Assembly: GCA_000934665.2 (NCBI GenBank)
Contig: KZ538146.1
Location: 62,001 to 117,992 of the forward strand
DNA: 55,992 nucleotides
DNA from: Catajapyx aquilonaris
Lineage: Eukaryota
Direction of reading: 5' to 3'
In this document: piece by piece, positions 1 through 12,445 of the stretch
Layout of the letters: every line of letters starts with the position of its first letter
Numbering within the stretch: position 1 is the stretch's first letter
Position numbers and translations under genes: made by a program
The notes under the pieces: generated by a model
What the model was told of the DNA's origin: nothing
Database searches by the model: none
What the model saw: only the letters and a program-made list of their open reading frames with translations

Positions 1-353
1 AGCGTTACTACCGGTTCTCCCATCGTTGCGGCCAGTTGTCACATTAGTTGCATAAGGAGTACTGGCAGTGAATAATTCATTGTCTTACCTGTAGGATGTG
101 GCGTTCCTACATGGGTAATTGCTAGGATCGGGCTCATTTATAGCCCAGTCGTATACAAAGTCATGGCCACTCTGGCCATGTACACTGTATACGACTTCTA
201 CTATGTGCATGTGCTGGTGTTGTCAGAGTCAAGGTTGTACAGGATGAGGATAGGTGAGGTTGTCGTTTTTTAGGGGGGTGGTGAGGGGGATGGGTTGAAG
301 GGTGAGGTGGTTTGGTAAGGGAGTGGTGGGGTGGGGTTGGGGTTGGAGCAAAG

Positions 354-409
354 TATATAAAAGAGCGTGTTCAAGAAGATGGTTAGGTATACCAGAAGTC
401 CATTGGCAG
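354..409 (+). promoter_or_regulatory. TATA box and short non-coding first exon of chitin-binding gene 1
   Basis: TATATAAAAG at ~354-363; donor CAG|GTGAGT with intron starting at 410; matching acceptor TTTGTGTTTCAG ends at 658, 34 nt before the ATG at 693. Confidence 0.65.
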
Positions 410-487
410 GTGAGTGACTTCATGATTTGGGTATCGGGAACATGAAAAGAAAAAAAAAATCCTTACTGCTGTGGGAGTTCTTGTTCC

Positions 488-560
488 ATTCCTGTGGCTC
501 AGTGGTAGAGTTCGCTCCATTCATTTGGAGCGAGACCCAGGTTCGATTCCTGGCAGGGAT
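488..560 (+). ncRNA. tRNA-like element A (Pol III A/B boxes, non-canonical anticodon arm) in intron 1 of gene 1
   Basis: Acceptor ATTCCTG/CAGGGAT, D-arm GCTC-AGTGGTA-GAGT, 8-bp hairpin TCGCTCCA-TTCATT-TGGAGCGA, T-arm CCAGG-TTCGATT-CCTGG. Confidence 0.6.
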
Positions 561-692
561 AGCAGTCTCCTACCCGTTCAGTGTTGTGTCTGATTTGTGT
601 GTATCAATAGGTCAATTGTACTAGAACAAACTCCTGCTTCAGTCATTTTGTGTTTCAGAAAGTTGGTTCCCGATTCGGTGTGATAAACAGTC

Positions 693-746
693 ATGAACAT
701 CCTTCTCATCGTTGCTTCCATTGCCCTGTCAACAGCACTGCCAGCG
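693..746 (+). CDS. Gene 1 signal-peptide exon (coding part)
   Basis: ATG 693, 18 mostly hydrophobic codons, donor GCG|GTGAGT at 747. Confidence 0.75.
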
Positions 747-3700
747 GTGAGTTACATATTTTTTTTGAAAAGAAATAAAATAAAAAAACTACTGCCATTA
801 ATATTGCTGAGTTGAGAATTAGCTCCTTATAGACTTTATATCATTATCGAAAAAAAGTATTATATAACGGCTCTATGTGTCTGTCTGTCCATCCGTCTGT
901 GGACAGGTATCAGGGCCTAAACCGCAGGAGATAGCGGCAAACGGTTTTCGGATTCCGATTAAGAGTGGCCAAAACAGGTGTCATGGTCAACTTCCGGTGA
1001 TCCGACACTTCCGGTTTTCCGGGTTCACTCTATCCGCACAATTCTACTTTACGGGCAGATAAGGCTATATGCCTAGGGGCGGCAAAAACCTAAATACGTC
1101 ACTGATTTAGTGGGTACTTTTATGTGAGATATCGCTTTTATTTTCAATTGACAGAAGACCCTACAGTCGCGTACACGCATAATCTAGTCCAGTGGTTTCC
1201 AACCTGGGGGTCGCGGGGGGTCGCGAGCCTTTGTTCAACTTTTTTTTTTTTTTGCAATTTCTGTGTAAATTGAACCATTTTTGCGGCCGTACAGAATGCA
1301 TGTTTTCTGGAAATGGGTCAGTTGTAGAAGGGNNNNNNNNNNNNNNNNNNNNNNGGGGGGGGGGGGTCGCACATTTATAGAAACATGTTTAGGGGGTCGC
1401 AGTTGGTAAAAGGTTGGAAACCACTGGTCTAGTCTGTACTTTTCATTTCAGATTAATAATTTTTTCTATACCAGCACCTAACTGTAAATGGCTGAATGGT
1501 TGCTATTGTTAATATTAAAATAATTGATTCAAGTTTTTTTAATGAACCAGGCTTAAACTCGGTTTCATGAAATAAAACTATAAGGGAAAATGTTCGAGTT
1601 TTGTATTATGGATAGCAAGCAGAATTATTGGAGATATTCCCTAGACGCAGGTTCAGAAAAAAATCTCCGAATGTGTGTAGGCATTCACAATGCATAAATC
1701 GAGATAATCTGCGATTTTCTCATTTACTTGCGTTTATACAACCTGTCATGAAGGATGAAGCGCAACTTTACCTGGGATATTGAAAATCTAAAGTACGTGT
1801 GTAAAAAGTATTACCTGTGAGTACAAACGCTTTTCAAACTGAATAGCACATAATTTATTATCTTCATTTGTAGACTATGTTGCAGTGGAAAAATGTGTTT
1901 ATCGCATAAAATAATTATTAAAATTCAGCTTTATTTATGACTCGAATATACTGGGTCGAATTTTCGTCCCTTTGGTAGTTACTGCTAATTTAGCAGTAGG
2001 CCTACCAATGTCAACAACTGATAACCATGATAGCCAATGATAAACATGAAAGTCCTGGCTAGCAGTAGCAGGCTGTTACCAGAGACTTAGCATTATGACA
2101 AAAATTCCACCCATTGTATTTAAATGGCATTCAAAATATGGATAAAATCATAATATATGGAAATAAGCCCACTTATATGCTTTTGATTTACTTTAATATC
2201 AATAATTGTCGATAGCTATCATTTCTTAGTTATGCAAGAAAAATAATAATATACAGTTATCAGTAGCATGATCCCTGATAGCTAAACAGTCTACATCAAA
2301 GCCCGATTAGAGTTTAGGGAAAAGCATACTCAAGATCATGCCCAGCCGCATTTTCACCCAATGTAAACTTTGGAATCCTTTTAGTTTCTCTTTCAATGTT
2401 TTTACCGGCTGGTACGTACAGTATACCCCGGTACAATGACCAATGAAACACAATTACTATTGTGCAGGGATAAAGCTATTGTATTCCATACAGTGAAAAG
2501 CGCGTAACTATCATCACGTAGCAGTTACATACCAAAGAGTCACACACGTGCTAATACGACAGGTCTCCCCCCCTTTTTTTAAACCAATTGCGGTATATGA
2601 TATGACATCAGCAAATTCTCTCGACAAGGTCATTTACAGACGTGGTCTTACCAGAAAAGGCCAGTGGCCATTTTCAGGTCGTCGACTCTTTCCAATCCTT
2701 TACAGGGGGTTCCAATGAAAATTCTCACCCATTTGCTAAACAGGTTGATTAAGGGAATGAACTCCTCCGCCCTTTCCACCTGCCTCTTCACCTTCTTCTC
2801 TTTTTTTTTGCCCTCCCCACCCTTTCTTATTTTTATTTTTTAGGAAGGTCAGTGCCTGTTAATGGTGGCCAGATCTGGCCTTGAGAGGAATTTATTCATT
2901 TCTGTGAGGTGGTTTATACTTCCACTTTTTGTACTTCTGAAGCATTGGAATTTTCATGGGGTAGATACCCTCTTGAGCAACCAAGTTCGTACAAAAAAAA
3001 TCTTAGATCTATTACACCAGAATTGCCCATACTTGAACACCACAAAGTATATAGCTTAGTCCCTTTAAAAACATACAAGTCCCCAGAATCAACAACACTG
3101 TCCACACAAACCCCGTATTTATTGGCCTGCTTTTTTTAAAAAAAATCTAAGATATAACAACTACTGTAATACAATGTTACACAGGAATTATTTCACTCGT
3201 CCTGAATAAGCTGCTGTTATGTGCAAACGTACTCCTGATGTAAGATTGATGGACATAATCAGTGTATGAATCATCACGTCATGCAAGTGCAAAGTAGGGG
3301 AAGAGAGGAAGAGGTAGTTGAAACACAAAAAAGCAATGTCCATTAACTTCCGCGAGATGCGTGCGTGGGTCAGAGATCCACATTCGAAATCAAAAGCTCT
3401 TCAAAAATGAAGAGTGAAAGTGACGAACCAGATTTTCTCATAAAATGCAACATCGTCTAAGAAAGAAAAAAAAGAGTGTAATACAATATGCATAATCGCA
3501 TGGGAATTGCCTTCTGTAATGTACGTTACTAATATTCTATAGCACCACTGGACATGACGAATCGCCAGTGATCAAAATGTTCCCTATCAAAAATCATTGT
3601 TCCCAAGGATTGGCAAGGATGTGGCGATGTAAGTGGAGCAGAGGATGAAAAATTGACGAAGAAAGGCCACACGTATTATCCAGGAAGAAAGAAATATCCG

Positions 3701-4576
3701 TTTCCTTTCGCATATGGAGCCGTCCTTATCTGCACACCTTTCGTGTTCAGTTTCCACAACTTCCAGACCCCGCAGTTCGTGATTCCAAAATGCCTTCTAC
3801 AGAAAATGAAGCCGACCGCTTTACCGGAAATGCACATTAGAAAACAGTAACAATTTGAGAGAAAGTTGCAGTGTGACAAAATGCATAAACTTCCATCACC
3901 CCTTTTGTGTTACATTTTCACACCTAATGGGTGGTCGATAGTAATAATGAACAGGGTGTGCGGAAATGACCGTGGGAAAAAAATCTTCCTAATATCGAAA
4001 CTACAAGTTTGTATGAAATTACCAGGGTAAGCCACCATTCAGTTATAAATTATATCCGGGCTTTGTCACTTGCATTTTCACTTCAGGGTTGAACCCCTCA
4101 TCATCTATGGTCCATCATCTCTCTTTCCACACACACACACAGGGCCAACAAGAAGAGTACAACCTTCCCAGCGGTGTTGAAAAGATTGTTGGAGACGTCA
4201 GATTCACCTTTTCATGCGCCGGAAGAAGTTACGGCTATTACGCCGACATGGACAACGACTGTCAGATATTCCATGTTTGCGTCCCTCAAGAAGAAGACTC
4301 TGCCAGGGTTGCTAAATACAGGTAATGATGCTGAGTGGCATTTTCCGGCAATGCTTCATTCTGATGCCCAATTGTTTTCTCCACAGCTTCTTCTGCCCCA
4401 ACCAGACTGTGTTCAGCCAGGCGGACTTTGTATGCATGTACCAGTATGATGCACTGCCTTGCGAAGAATCGGAGGCTTTTTACTTCCGAAACGAAGAGTT
4501 TGGCAAGACAGAGAAACCCAAGACCGAACTACCCAAGTTGCCTGAACCTGAGAAGGAGTATTACAGCTTCTTCTAA
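693..4576 (+). CDS. Gene 1: secreted chitin-binding type-2 (peritrophin-A/CBM14, CPAP1-like) protein, 140 aa; join(693..746,4143..4321,4387..4576)
   Basis: Signal peptide MNILLIVASIALSTALPA|gtgagt (phase 0); six-Cys ChtBD2 FSCAGRSYGYYADMDNDCQIFHVC...YSFFCPNQTVFSQADFVCMYQYDALPC; GT-AG introns with matching phases (0, then 2); total 423 nt ending TAA. An extra micro-exon in intron 747-4142 cannot be excluded. Confidence 0.85.
831..1188 (+). mobile_element. Helentron-associated (HINE/DINE-1-like) non-autonomous element
   Basis: 5' subterminal hairpin, GTCY microsatellite (GTCTGTCTGTCCATCCGTCTG), 3' end at CTAGT; shares GTGGACAGGTATCAGG and GGGTTCACTCTATCCGC with the element at 35923-36207. Confidence 0.5.
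1190..1426. mobile_element. hAT (Charlie-type) MITE
   Basis: 16-bp TIRs CAGTGGTTTCCAACCT / AGGTTGGAAACCACTG, subterminal GGGGGTCGC repeats, 8-bp TSD ATCTAGTC/GTCTAGTC; contains N-gap 1333-1354. Confidence 0.85.
1949..2116. mobile_element. Degenerate TIR element (MITE, possibly CMC/EnSpm-type)
   Basis: Imperfect ~20-bp TIRs TACTGGGTCGAATTTTCGTC / GACAAAAATTCCACCCATTG flanked by TA; internal palindrome TACTGCTAATTTAGCAGTA. Confidence 0.45.
4143..4321 (+). CDS. Gene 1 exon, N-terminal half of ChtBD2
   Basis: Acceptor CACAG|GGC; GQQEEYNLPSG...CAGRSYGYYADMDNDCQIFHVC; donor AG|GTAATG phase 2. Confidence 0.9.
4387..4576 (+). CDS. Gene 1 last coding exon, C-terminal half of ChtBD2
   Basis: Acceptor TTTTCTCCACAG after a 65-nt intron; SFFCPNQTVFSQADFVC...PCEESEAFY...YYSFF*. 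Confidence 0.9.
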
Positions 4577-6465
4577 TTTGCTTGCTCAACCAGTATACAA
4601 TATGCCACAGAGTGCTAAAAAAAAGTTTTTAGAGTTTGTAGTATCGCCCAAATGAGTGTGAATTTGCTTCGATTTTGTATCCGTGCACTGTTCGCACTAT
4701 AATGCATTTATGTGATGTGAAAAGGTATTCATATTTTGTTTCATTTTCAACATTGTTTCCACTCTAATACCGTTGAACCACAATGTTATCAGACCCATGT
4801 CGCACTACTTTTTCCAGTCGATATCTATCTTGAAAAATGTACAGCACAAGACTAATGATAGAGTAGGCGGGGATTTAAAAATTGAAGAATGTCTTCCTTG
4901 TGGCTAGCTAGAAGAGCTTGGATGAGAAGTTATGTAATACCCCCATTTTTTTTCGAAGTAGTTCGAGTGGGAAAGGGCACCAAGTTCAAAGCCTAACAAA
5001 GAAATCTCCTTCCATCCCCAATCGTAAAAGGCTCCTGTTGGGCCACCTATCTTAACGACAATCGCACCCTTGGCCAGGAAGTGAAATTAGACAAGTAAGA
5101 AACAGGTGAGAATTATACCTTCCCTCCCCTGCTCCATTCATATATTCCCGTGCCCCACACTTCAAATTCATCTGGAAAGTCCGGTGTCCCAATATTGCAT
5201 TGGCACCTGATGGGAAGTGCGTCCCTATTCATGTCCCCTGTTTTGCTGACTCTTACCAACCATTGTCGAGCACCCATCAGGAGGAGAGGCCCACCTTCTT
5301 CTGTTCCCTGATAATACAATGTGTTACAGAAGCAGCCAGCTTCCACCTTTGCTAATAAGTGAGGCATCAGTCATTCAGGTTACGAGGGCTATTGTTCATG
5401 TGTATCGCCCCGAGGCCAGGTCAACCTTAGTTATGTATTCAGGCTAGTCTTTTTTAGCACATGGACACTTAGACCTGGAGAAACCGTTATACTAACAAGG
5501 TACGCCTCTTATTACAGGTAACCCCTGATTTAATTCAATGCCTCCTCCCCCCGCAATTTGCATGGTGGACTGCAATTAACGTATCTTAAGCCCCACTGAT
5601 TCTGATGTAACATGTTGTTCTTCCTGGTGAAAAGGGCTCAAAGTCAACCCTCTAGGTGTTCACCCATACCTTCTTTACCGCATCGTGCCTACAAGTCGTG
5701 TCCATCCGGCTGAAATTAATGTCTCCGTTGGAACCTTTTGGAGGAGGTCGCCGAAGGTCAGTCAGTAGGAGAGAGGAGATGGGTCCTATGGTTACCTCCC
5801 CCACCTCCGCCAAAAAAACGAAAAAAAACGAGGTCAAGCCGTGGCTTTGTATCTGCTCCTGTCTTCAACGAAAGTGAAACCGTGAGAACGTTGGTGTTGT
5901 GTTGTGCAATGTTTCCCCGGCCATTATTGAAGGTTCTGATAAGAAGGGAGGAGCGGTGCGCACTTTCCTCACCTATGCTCTACTCTGCTTTCCAGTAAAG
6001 CAACTCAAGTCCAGCTTTTTTTTTTGCATAAGAGCACGCATACATATTGAAGTCCAAGAGCAAGCTTGGGGTACCAGTACGGTATCGAAAGTCATCCTTC
6101 GCATGTATAGTGGGTGTATATACTGTGCCCTAAATGGTTGGGTGATGGGTTGGAAGCTTTCCGGGTTTAGAATAGAATTAGGATTTTATAATATCAAGCT
6201 CTCAGAGGATTTCGAGGGTTTATGAAGCAATAATAAGATTAGTGAGTGAGATGACCATTATAGTGCTGTATGATGCAACGGTGTTATAATATTATGTGTG
6301 CAAGCCCTGGGAAGTAATATTTGGGATGACCAAGTCTGATGTGCAGGACCTCAAACTCAGTGATTTTTTAATGTAAGGTTAGGTGCAACCAATATGGCTG
6401 CAGAACATTATTTTTCCTATACAAACCTGATAGTCATATTTCTAACAATTAGCACATATTTGTAA

Positions 6466-6707
6466 GGTGTTATGCAATAATGAGTCAACCCACATGATAA
6501 CACTTTTGTGTTTTGAGAAAAATGGCTTTGAAGGTCATACCTGTGAAATTAATTCGGTGTTCTTTTCGGTCACTTCTGGCAGAAGTATGCAGATTTCACC
6601 AGCCTGATTTTAACTGAATGGAGTAGGATCCTTTAGGTACGGTATATGTTCCTGAGCTTAGCTCAATTTTGACATTTTTGTGGGTTGACCCATTATTGTA
6701 TAACACC
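6466..6707. mobile_element. Tc1/mariner-like MITE
   Basis: 29-bp TIRs GGTGTTATGCAATAATGAGTCAACCCACA / TGTGGGTTGACCCATTATTGTATAACACC (2 mismatches). Confidence 0.7.
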
Positions 6708-8951
6708 GTCCATTTAGCCCTTGAAAATCTGCAGTTCTCAATATTTATTGCAAATATTTGTCAGCTTCAGTTTTCTTTTAAAGTCAGACAAATGCAGACA
6801 AATGTAATGGAAGTATCAAAATATGCACTGTCACTCACAGTAATTTTAATTTTTTACACGTAATAGCCTACGTACAGGTAGCGCTTTCACCTAACAGGTA
6901 GGCCTATATCACACAGACCCTGTTTATACACAATGTACAGGATGGTGCACTGCGTAAGTCCACATTTCAAGCATATGAGGGATAGGTGGAACGGTTAAGA
7001 TTTTTACTCTTGAAACAAATTAAAGGGAACAATTGGTCAGCAGCACTAATAACGGCACAAATGTTTTTTGTGAGCTTGTGCAGCTAATATGCACAATTAT
7101 TATAAAGGTTCATCGCATTACGTGCAAAACGAATAGCACATACTGCATAGCGACAGATATTTTACTTGATTTGGTTATGCACACATTGCATTGCTTTAAA
7201 TTTTTTGCTCTACTTTACAGACTCGCTAGTCTGATTAAAGTTGGATTAAAAGAGAGCTTATGCAATGTCACATTCACCCCTCCACGACGCGACGTTCTGG
7301 TCGCACGAGTGCGGCGAGAGAACTGCCTGTCTGATTACCACGCATTGTCAGACTCTTTGCGTGCGCAGGGTGCGAAGTCGCTCTAATATCAATTTCATGC
7401 AGAGAGAGCCGGTTGTCACCCCCGTGGTGCACCAGGTCATAGACATGCTTCAAGTGTTGTAATAAAGCATTTTAATAAATCAGTAATTAGTGAACTACTA
7501 TGTTTCAGAATTTTGAGCTCTCCCTTTTCCCAAATTATAAAATTATGTTCTTTAATCCTGTATTTGCAATTTTGACAAAACAACGTCTCAAAATAGAAAC
7601 ATTACATGTAACATATTTGTTCCTCACTCCATAAATCACTATGACTGTTAAAAAAACAATTGCTATTCAAATTCCAGGGTGTGCAGACATCCTGAATAAC
7701 AATCCGCCGACACATCAAGCGTGACATACGCAAGGAAGTTGAACACTGTAACGAGACATAAAACACGACCGACGCCATCATCATGCATCGTCTCCACGCA
7801 AGCTGAACACAGAAGCTCGTGTGTACAAGGCGTAAAAAAAGAGAAGTCATGCGACCTGGAAGTCCCCTACCACGGACATGTTGTACACGACCCAGTGGCG
7901 TAGCACGAACTCTCCCAGCAGGTCCAGACAGGATCGGACCTAAAAAACAGGACGGTCCAATGCTGTCAAGATTGTCTTAATCGTGACCCCTTTTCTGACC
8001 TATGACCTCCCTACCCAAATTCCCTTTCTCCACGCACCTAATTTTAACACTATAAATCTAGATTCTGATGCATTTACAGTGGCTAGTTACAAGATTTGCA
8101 TGGCCAGAAGCACGATGCACATCTTTTACGAGTTCGTTACAAGTTATTTATGCCACGGTACTGGAAGCCACTAGTCGTTACCCTATTCCCTCGTAACACG
8201 TACGTAATCCATCACTGATAAAAGTTTATTACCTTCTAAAAACGTGACAACCTTAAGGGTAAAATATAGACCACGCTCTTTGGTGAGTCTCACAAAGAAG
8301 TGATTTCTTTTGATCCTAAAAGGTCACAACGTGGTGGCCAGCATATGCAACAATGCTACGACGACTCTACACAGGTCACTATCATTTGTCAGATCTTCAA
8401 CAAGCTATCAGAAAAATGAGTGACAACGTCCAAGGCTTCCCAAAAAAGAAGCTGGAGAAAGGACGCTATCAATTAATGATGGATAGAAACGTGAAGAGAA
8501 GAGTGATTTATTGTGACACAGCGTGACGTAAAAATCCAATCAAAGCTAACCGAAGTAGGACACATTCTTCTGTTGAAGTAAAAATAGTCGAAAGTGATGA
8601 TACCTAGATTACAAAAGCGCCATTTTTTTTCCGTACCTGCCCAACAAAGGTAACATTCTTTTCACTTTCCATCCGTGTCTGATTTTTTTTATTATTTCGC
8701 TCAACTCTCCTTTAAATAAAGAACGGTAAAATGTAGATCTTGCAACCGGTTCACCTTAGCATAAGTCCGGCATATTTCGTGAGAGGATATGAAATGGTGA
8801 AGGATGCCTCTCCACATCCCATTCACTTCGGGGAACATTGCTCAAGAGCATTGCTTTATGATTCAGCTCATGCCATGTTTACTCCAGGAGATCTTAATTG
8901 CAGTTGCCCATCCGTTTCGGTTCGGTTCCTATTTCAAGGCNCCCCGCCTAC

Positions 8952-8977
8952 ATTATTATTATTATTATTATTATTAT

Positions 8978-9039
<62 letters not shown>
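8952..9039. repeat. Compound microsatellite (ATT)n(AGT)n
   Basis: Direct reading; abuts the MITE at 9042. Confidence 0.95.
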
Positions 9040-9041
9040 TA

Positions 9042-9257
9042 CAGGGTGTTTCAACTTTTTTGTCCAAACAGTTATCGGAAATATTGCACTAAGCTGCTAC
9101 TTTGTAAGCAGTGTATGCCACTTCAACCTAAGATTCGCAGGGAATATTCCCCACTGATTCCTCCGACAAACCGGTTGCAAGTCACTGCTTACAAAGTAGC
9201 AGCTTATAGTGCAATATTTCCGATAGCTGTTCGGACAAAAAAAGTTGAAACACCCTG
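9042..9257. mobile_element. Tc1/mariner MITE with long TIRs
   Basis: TA|CAGGGTGTTTCAACTTTTT...AAAAAGTTGAAACACCCTG|TA; inverted arms about 70 bp; TA TSD. Confidence 0.9.
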
Positions 9258-10291
9258 TATACTGCTTTAGGTTATGAGGGTCACTTTCCTTGTGACAAAA
9301 TATTGGCTGTCCGATACAAAAAGGTAATATTTCGCTGACCTCTCATCATATACATATCTACACGTATATATGGAAAGTTTTGTAAACTGTCTGAACTTCC
9401 TGCCCTCCATTCTGCAAGCTCGTTCATTATGTGATTAACATCTTACTTGAAGATAATAAATAGAGCTCTTCACGCCTTGGAAACGGAAGTACGTGAGTGA
9501 TTCGAGCGGTAGTGTACGGATGGTATCTGGAATATGTTAGAACTGGATTTCGACAATCATGGTTGAATATATGTAACCTATGCACCCGAACTCGTTGCAT
9601 CATGTGTTTTTAATAAAAAAGTTTCCAAATCCCCCCCGACGTTTGGAAGTTTGACGCTCAAAATATCATTTTGATAACTTACTTATTTAAAAAAAAAAAA
9701 TTGACACTGCGGAGGCAGTTATAAAAATAATTCTAGAAATTCCGAAGATAATAAAAGTGAGACTACGGTGGTAATAATGGGAGGAATGTGCGGGGGCGAT
9801 GAAGGCAAGCACGGAACCCTTTCATCCGACAAAGAACAAGGAGAGGAAGGAAGCAGTTGCGAAAGCTGGTGAGGAAAGAATTACTTATAGCACAGGCTAT
9901 AAATGGTGAAAGGCAATATCGTATGAAGAAATGTTGGAGGGGCTGACACTCGGCATTGTCGTGGGAGTTTTTTCTTTGTGGTCACTCGGATTCTTTCTTT
10001 AGTCCTGAAGTTTCGGAAATTAGATGCACAATAGGGAAAGATAATTTGTGAAGAAAAAAAAAATCACCGGAAATCAAATAACCAAAGTCTGTTTCGCATC
10101 AGTAATCAAATGTTTTTCGCTACGTACTGTAACAATTCGCACTCCGTAATGGTACATTGTTCACAGACTAATGTGGAAATTACACTAAATGTAGACCAGA
10201 CCAAAGTTATAATCAGAAGGCGATTAGTTGAGAAATCGCACATCATAATGAATATGCGCACGCTCCTGGCAATTTCATCAAATTATGGCTC

Positions 10292-10340
<49 letters not shown>
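10292..10340. repeat. (AAT)n microsatellite
   Basis: Direct reading. Confidence 0.95.
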
Positions 10341-10341
<1 letters not shown>

Positions 10342-10599
10342 TCACCTTTATTTCACTAAAATTATTATTTGTGATGTATACCATTTTTGTTGGTATGTGA
10401 GTATGTCTATGTGTGATGTTGTGTCAAATGCTCCATAAGGGGGCAATAAAAACAAACAAACAAACACACACACAAACAATATCACCTTTATCTGCTTCTA
10501 CGTTTGGATTTCTTTCATAACCCCTGGGTATAATGTATACTACCAGGGAAAGAGAGTTACATGGAGGTAAGATATGCAGGTGCGTGTGCAATGTCGTTG

Positions 10600-10770
10600 T
10601 GCATTTCCCTAGCTGGCTAGTCTACCGGAAATCCTAGCCGAGATGAATATGGATATGACGAAACTCCACATAGGATGAGAAAAGGAAGCCCGAGCTAGGG
10701 ATCGAACCCAGGATCTTTATATCCGTGGGCGAGAGCGTCACCAAAGAGTCACTCCTTCTTTGGCTCGGAT
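10600..10770 (-). mobile_element. Decayed tRNA-derived SINE
   Basis: Minus-strand B-box CTGGGTTCGATCCCTAG with CCGAGC/GCTCGG stem; degenerate A-box; 3' boundary uncertain. Confidence 0.45.
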
Positions 10771-11959
10771 AATGATGCCTAAATAAAGTTACCAATAAAA
10801 AAATTAAATACTGCACTGTAATATTGTAAAAATTGTTGCAATTGTCTTCTAATTATTATTTACTTACACTGTAAAAGACTCCAAAACTTATGAATATTAG
10901 AATATTGTAAAATATTATTAAAAATCTGTCGAACATTAACTAAACAGAGAGGAATTATTAGTAATCCACAATGATATTCCTGATCGTAATCATATTGCTT
11001 CACAATCGGAGTCTGGATATACTCTTTCTGTATAGGTTCCTTTCTAACTCACTACACATAAATAATAGCAAGTTTGACCAGGTCATACAGATATCACGAT
11101 TAATGTCAGGCTGATGTCATAATTCCTCACATGAAGAGAGTATTGTCCTCCTTTTATTATGAACATGCTCACGCATGATTGCAACGAGCAAAGAATGCTC
11201 ACGAACAAGTCGCGACTCTTACATTTATAAATCTGTTGTTTGTCCTCAACTAGCCAAGCAAAAACGAACGACTTTTATCGTGATGAGACGTACATTCAGC
11301 AAAAACCTGCCAACCGATACCAAACTTGCCTTGCTATCTATGCAATCTGTGTCACGCGGCCATACCAACACGGAAAGCATGTCCTCCGATACCTCACCTG
11401 TCAATCAGACATCAACCTTGCTTCTGATGCCCATGTGCTTTTTTTCTATCCAGCATATCTAATTGAGGTCACCAGAAAATCGGCGGAACAGACCCGTTGG
11501 CCTCCATGATTTAAAAATGGATTCCACCCCCATGTGATACAACCTGGGAACCTCTTTGGCAGGTGGAAACTCCTAACTATTCCCGCGTGTCCTATGTAAC
11601 CCTGGAGGCCCGGCTTTCGTGAGATGATCCCTAGATATGTCATCCCCACGCACCTCTTAGTCCCTCCCCCATTCGACTGACATTGGAAGTCATTGCAGGG
11701 AGCAGGAGGCCGCCATCTTGGTAAGGGGAGGGTGGAAGAAGATGTGGGTCACACTTACAATGCCAATGGAAACATACGGAGAGAGGAGAGTTGGATGGTG
11801 TTCCCGACCTTTTTTCTCTCTCTAACACCCCCTGCCCCCCTACCACCTCCTCTGAAGATGCTTCTTTTTAAGACGATGATGGTATGGGAAGGAGGGGGAT
11901 GTGGGGGAAGGAGGAGTTACCGAAATTTCCGGGCGCTCAGGTCACGTGAACATCTCCTT

Positions 11960-12034
11960 TATAAAGGCGTACTGAGAGCTCAGCTGGTGCTCATAGTTCA
12001 TGGTATTGTTGGAAGGGGAAGGAAGAGTGAACAG
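11960..12034 (+). promoter_or_regulatory. TATA box and non-coding first exon of gene 2
   Basis: TATAAAG at 11960, Inr-like TCATAGTT about 30 nt downstream, donor CAG|GTATTT at 12035; acceptor TCTTCTTGCAG ends at 12438. Confidence 0.6.
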
Positions 12035-12445
12035 GTATTTTTTATTAGGAAGTGTTTTAATGTGGATTATTATTTGTGTGAACTGGAAGATGGTGATTCG
12101 GCTTGTGGACTTTTGAGTGTGCCGTGGGTGACACCATACCGGGATACTACTTGCCGCATAAGTTGATGTAGAGATATCGGACAGTATAAGTGACATAGAA
12201 GTTTTTTGGAACCATATTGGATTGCTGGAAAAAAAAGACTTAGTTTAGCATGGATATATAACCGGTTCGCAATTACAACATTGGTGCACGCATGTTTTTT
12301 ATATGAACCATATAAAAACATGTGTGCACCAATGTTATAATTTTTGCACAACTCTAACATGTGTACAGTTCGAATAGAATTTATTTTTCGACGCTGATTA
12401 TGGTCACCCTGGCCTGATGATTTTCCGTCTTCTTGCAGAGCAACC

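Noticed and set aside
488..560. Functional tRNA gene (Glu/Met-like TTC or CAT in the loop); likewise 15555-15613 and 34329-34403
   Set aside because: None has a canonical 5-bp stem with 7-nt anticodon loop, and none has an adjacent oligo-T terminator; reported as tRNA-like instead
1333..1354. N-run here and single Ns at 8941, 26681 and 49446
   Set aside because: All lie in or next to G/C homopolymers; assembly artefacts, not biology
4087..4142. Upstream acceptor TTTTCACTTCAG at 4086 as start of the gene 1 exon
   Set aside because: It needs a phase-1 donor, but the signal-peptide exon ends in phase 0; the acceptor at 4142 fits
8740..9270. Poly-L/V/I/S/Y/N ORFs here and at 10110, 39759-40031 and 51917-52174
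   Set aside because: Translations of trinucleotide microsatellites and MITE sequence
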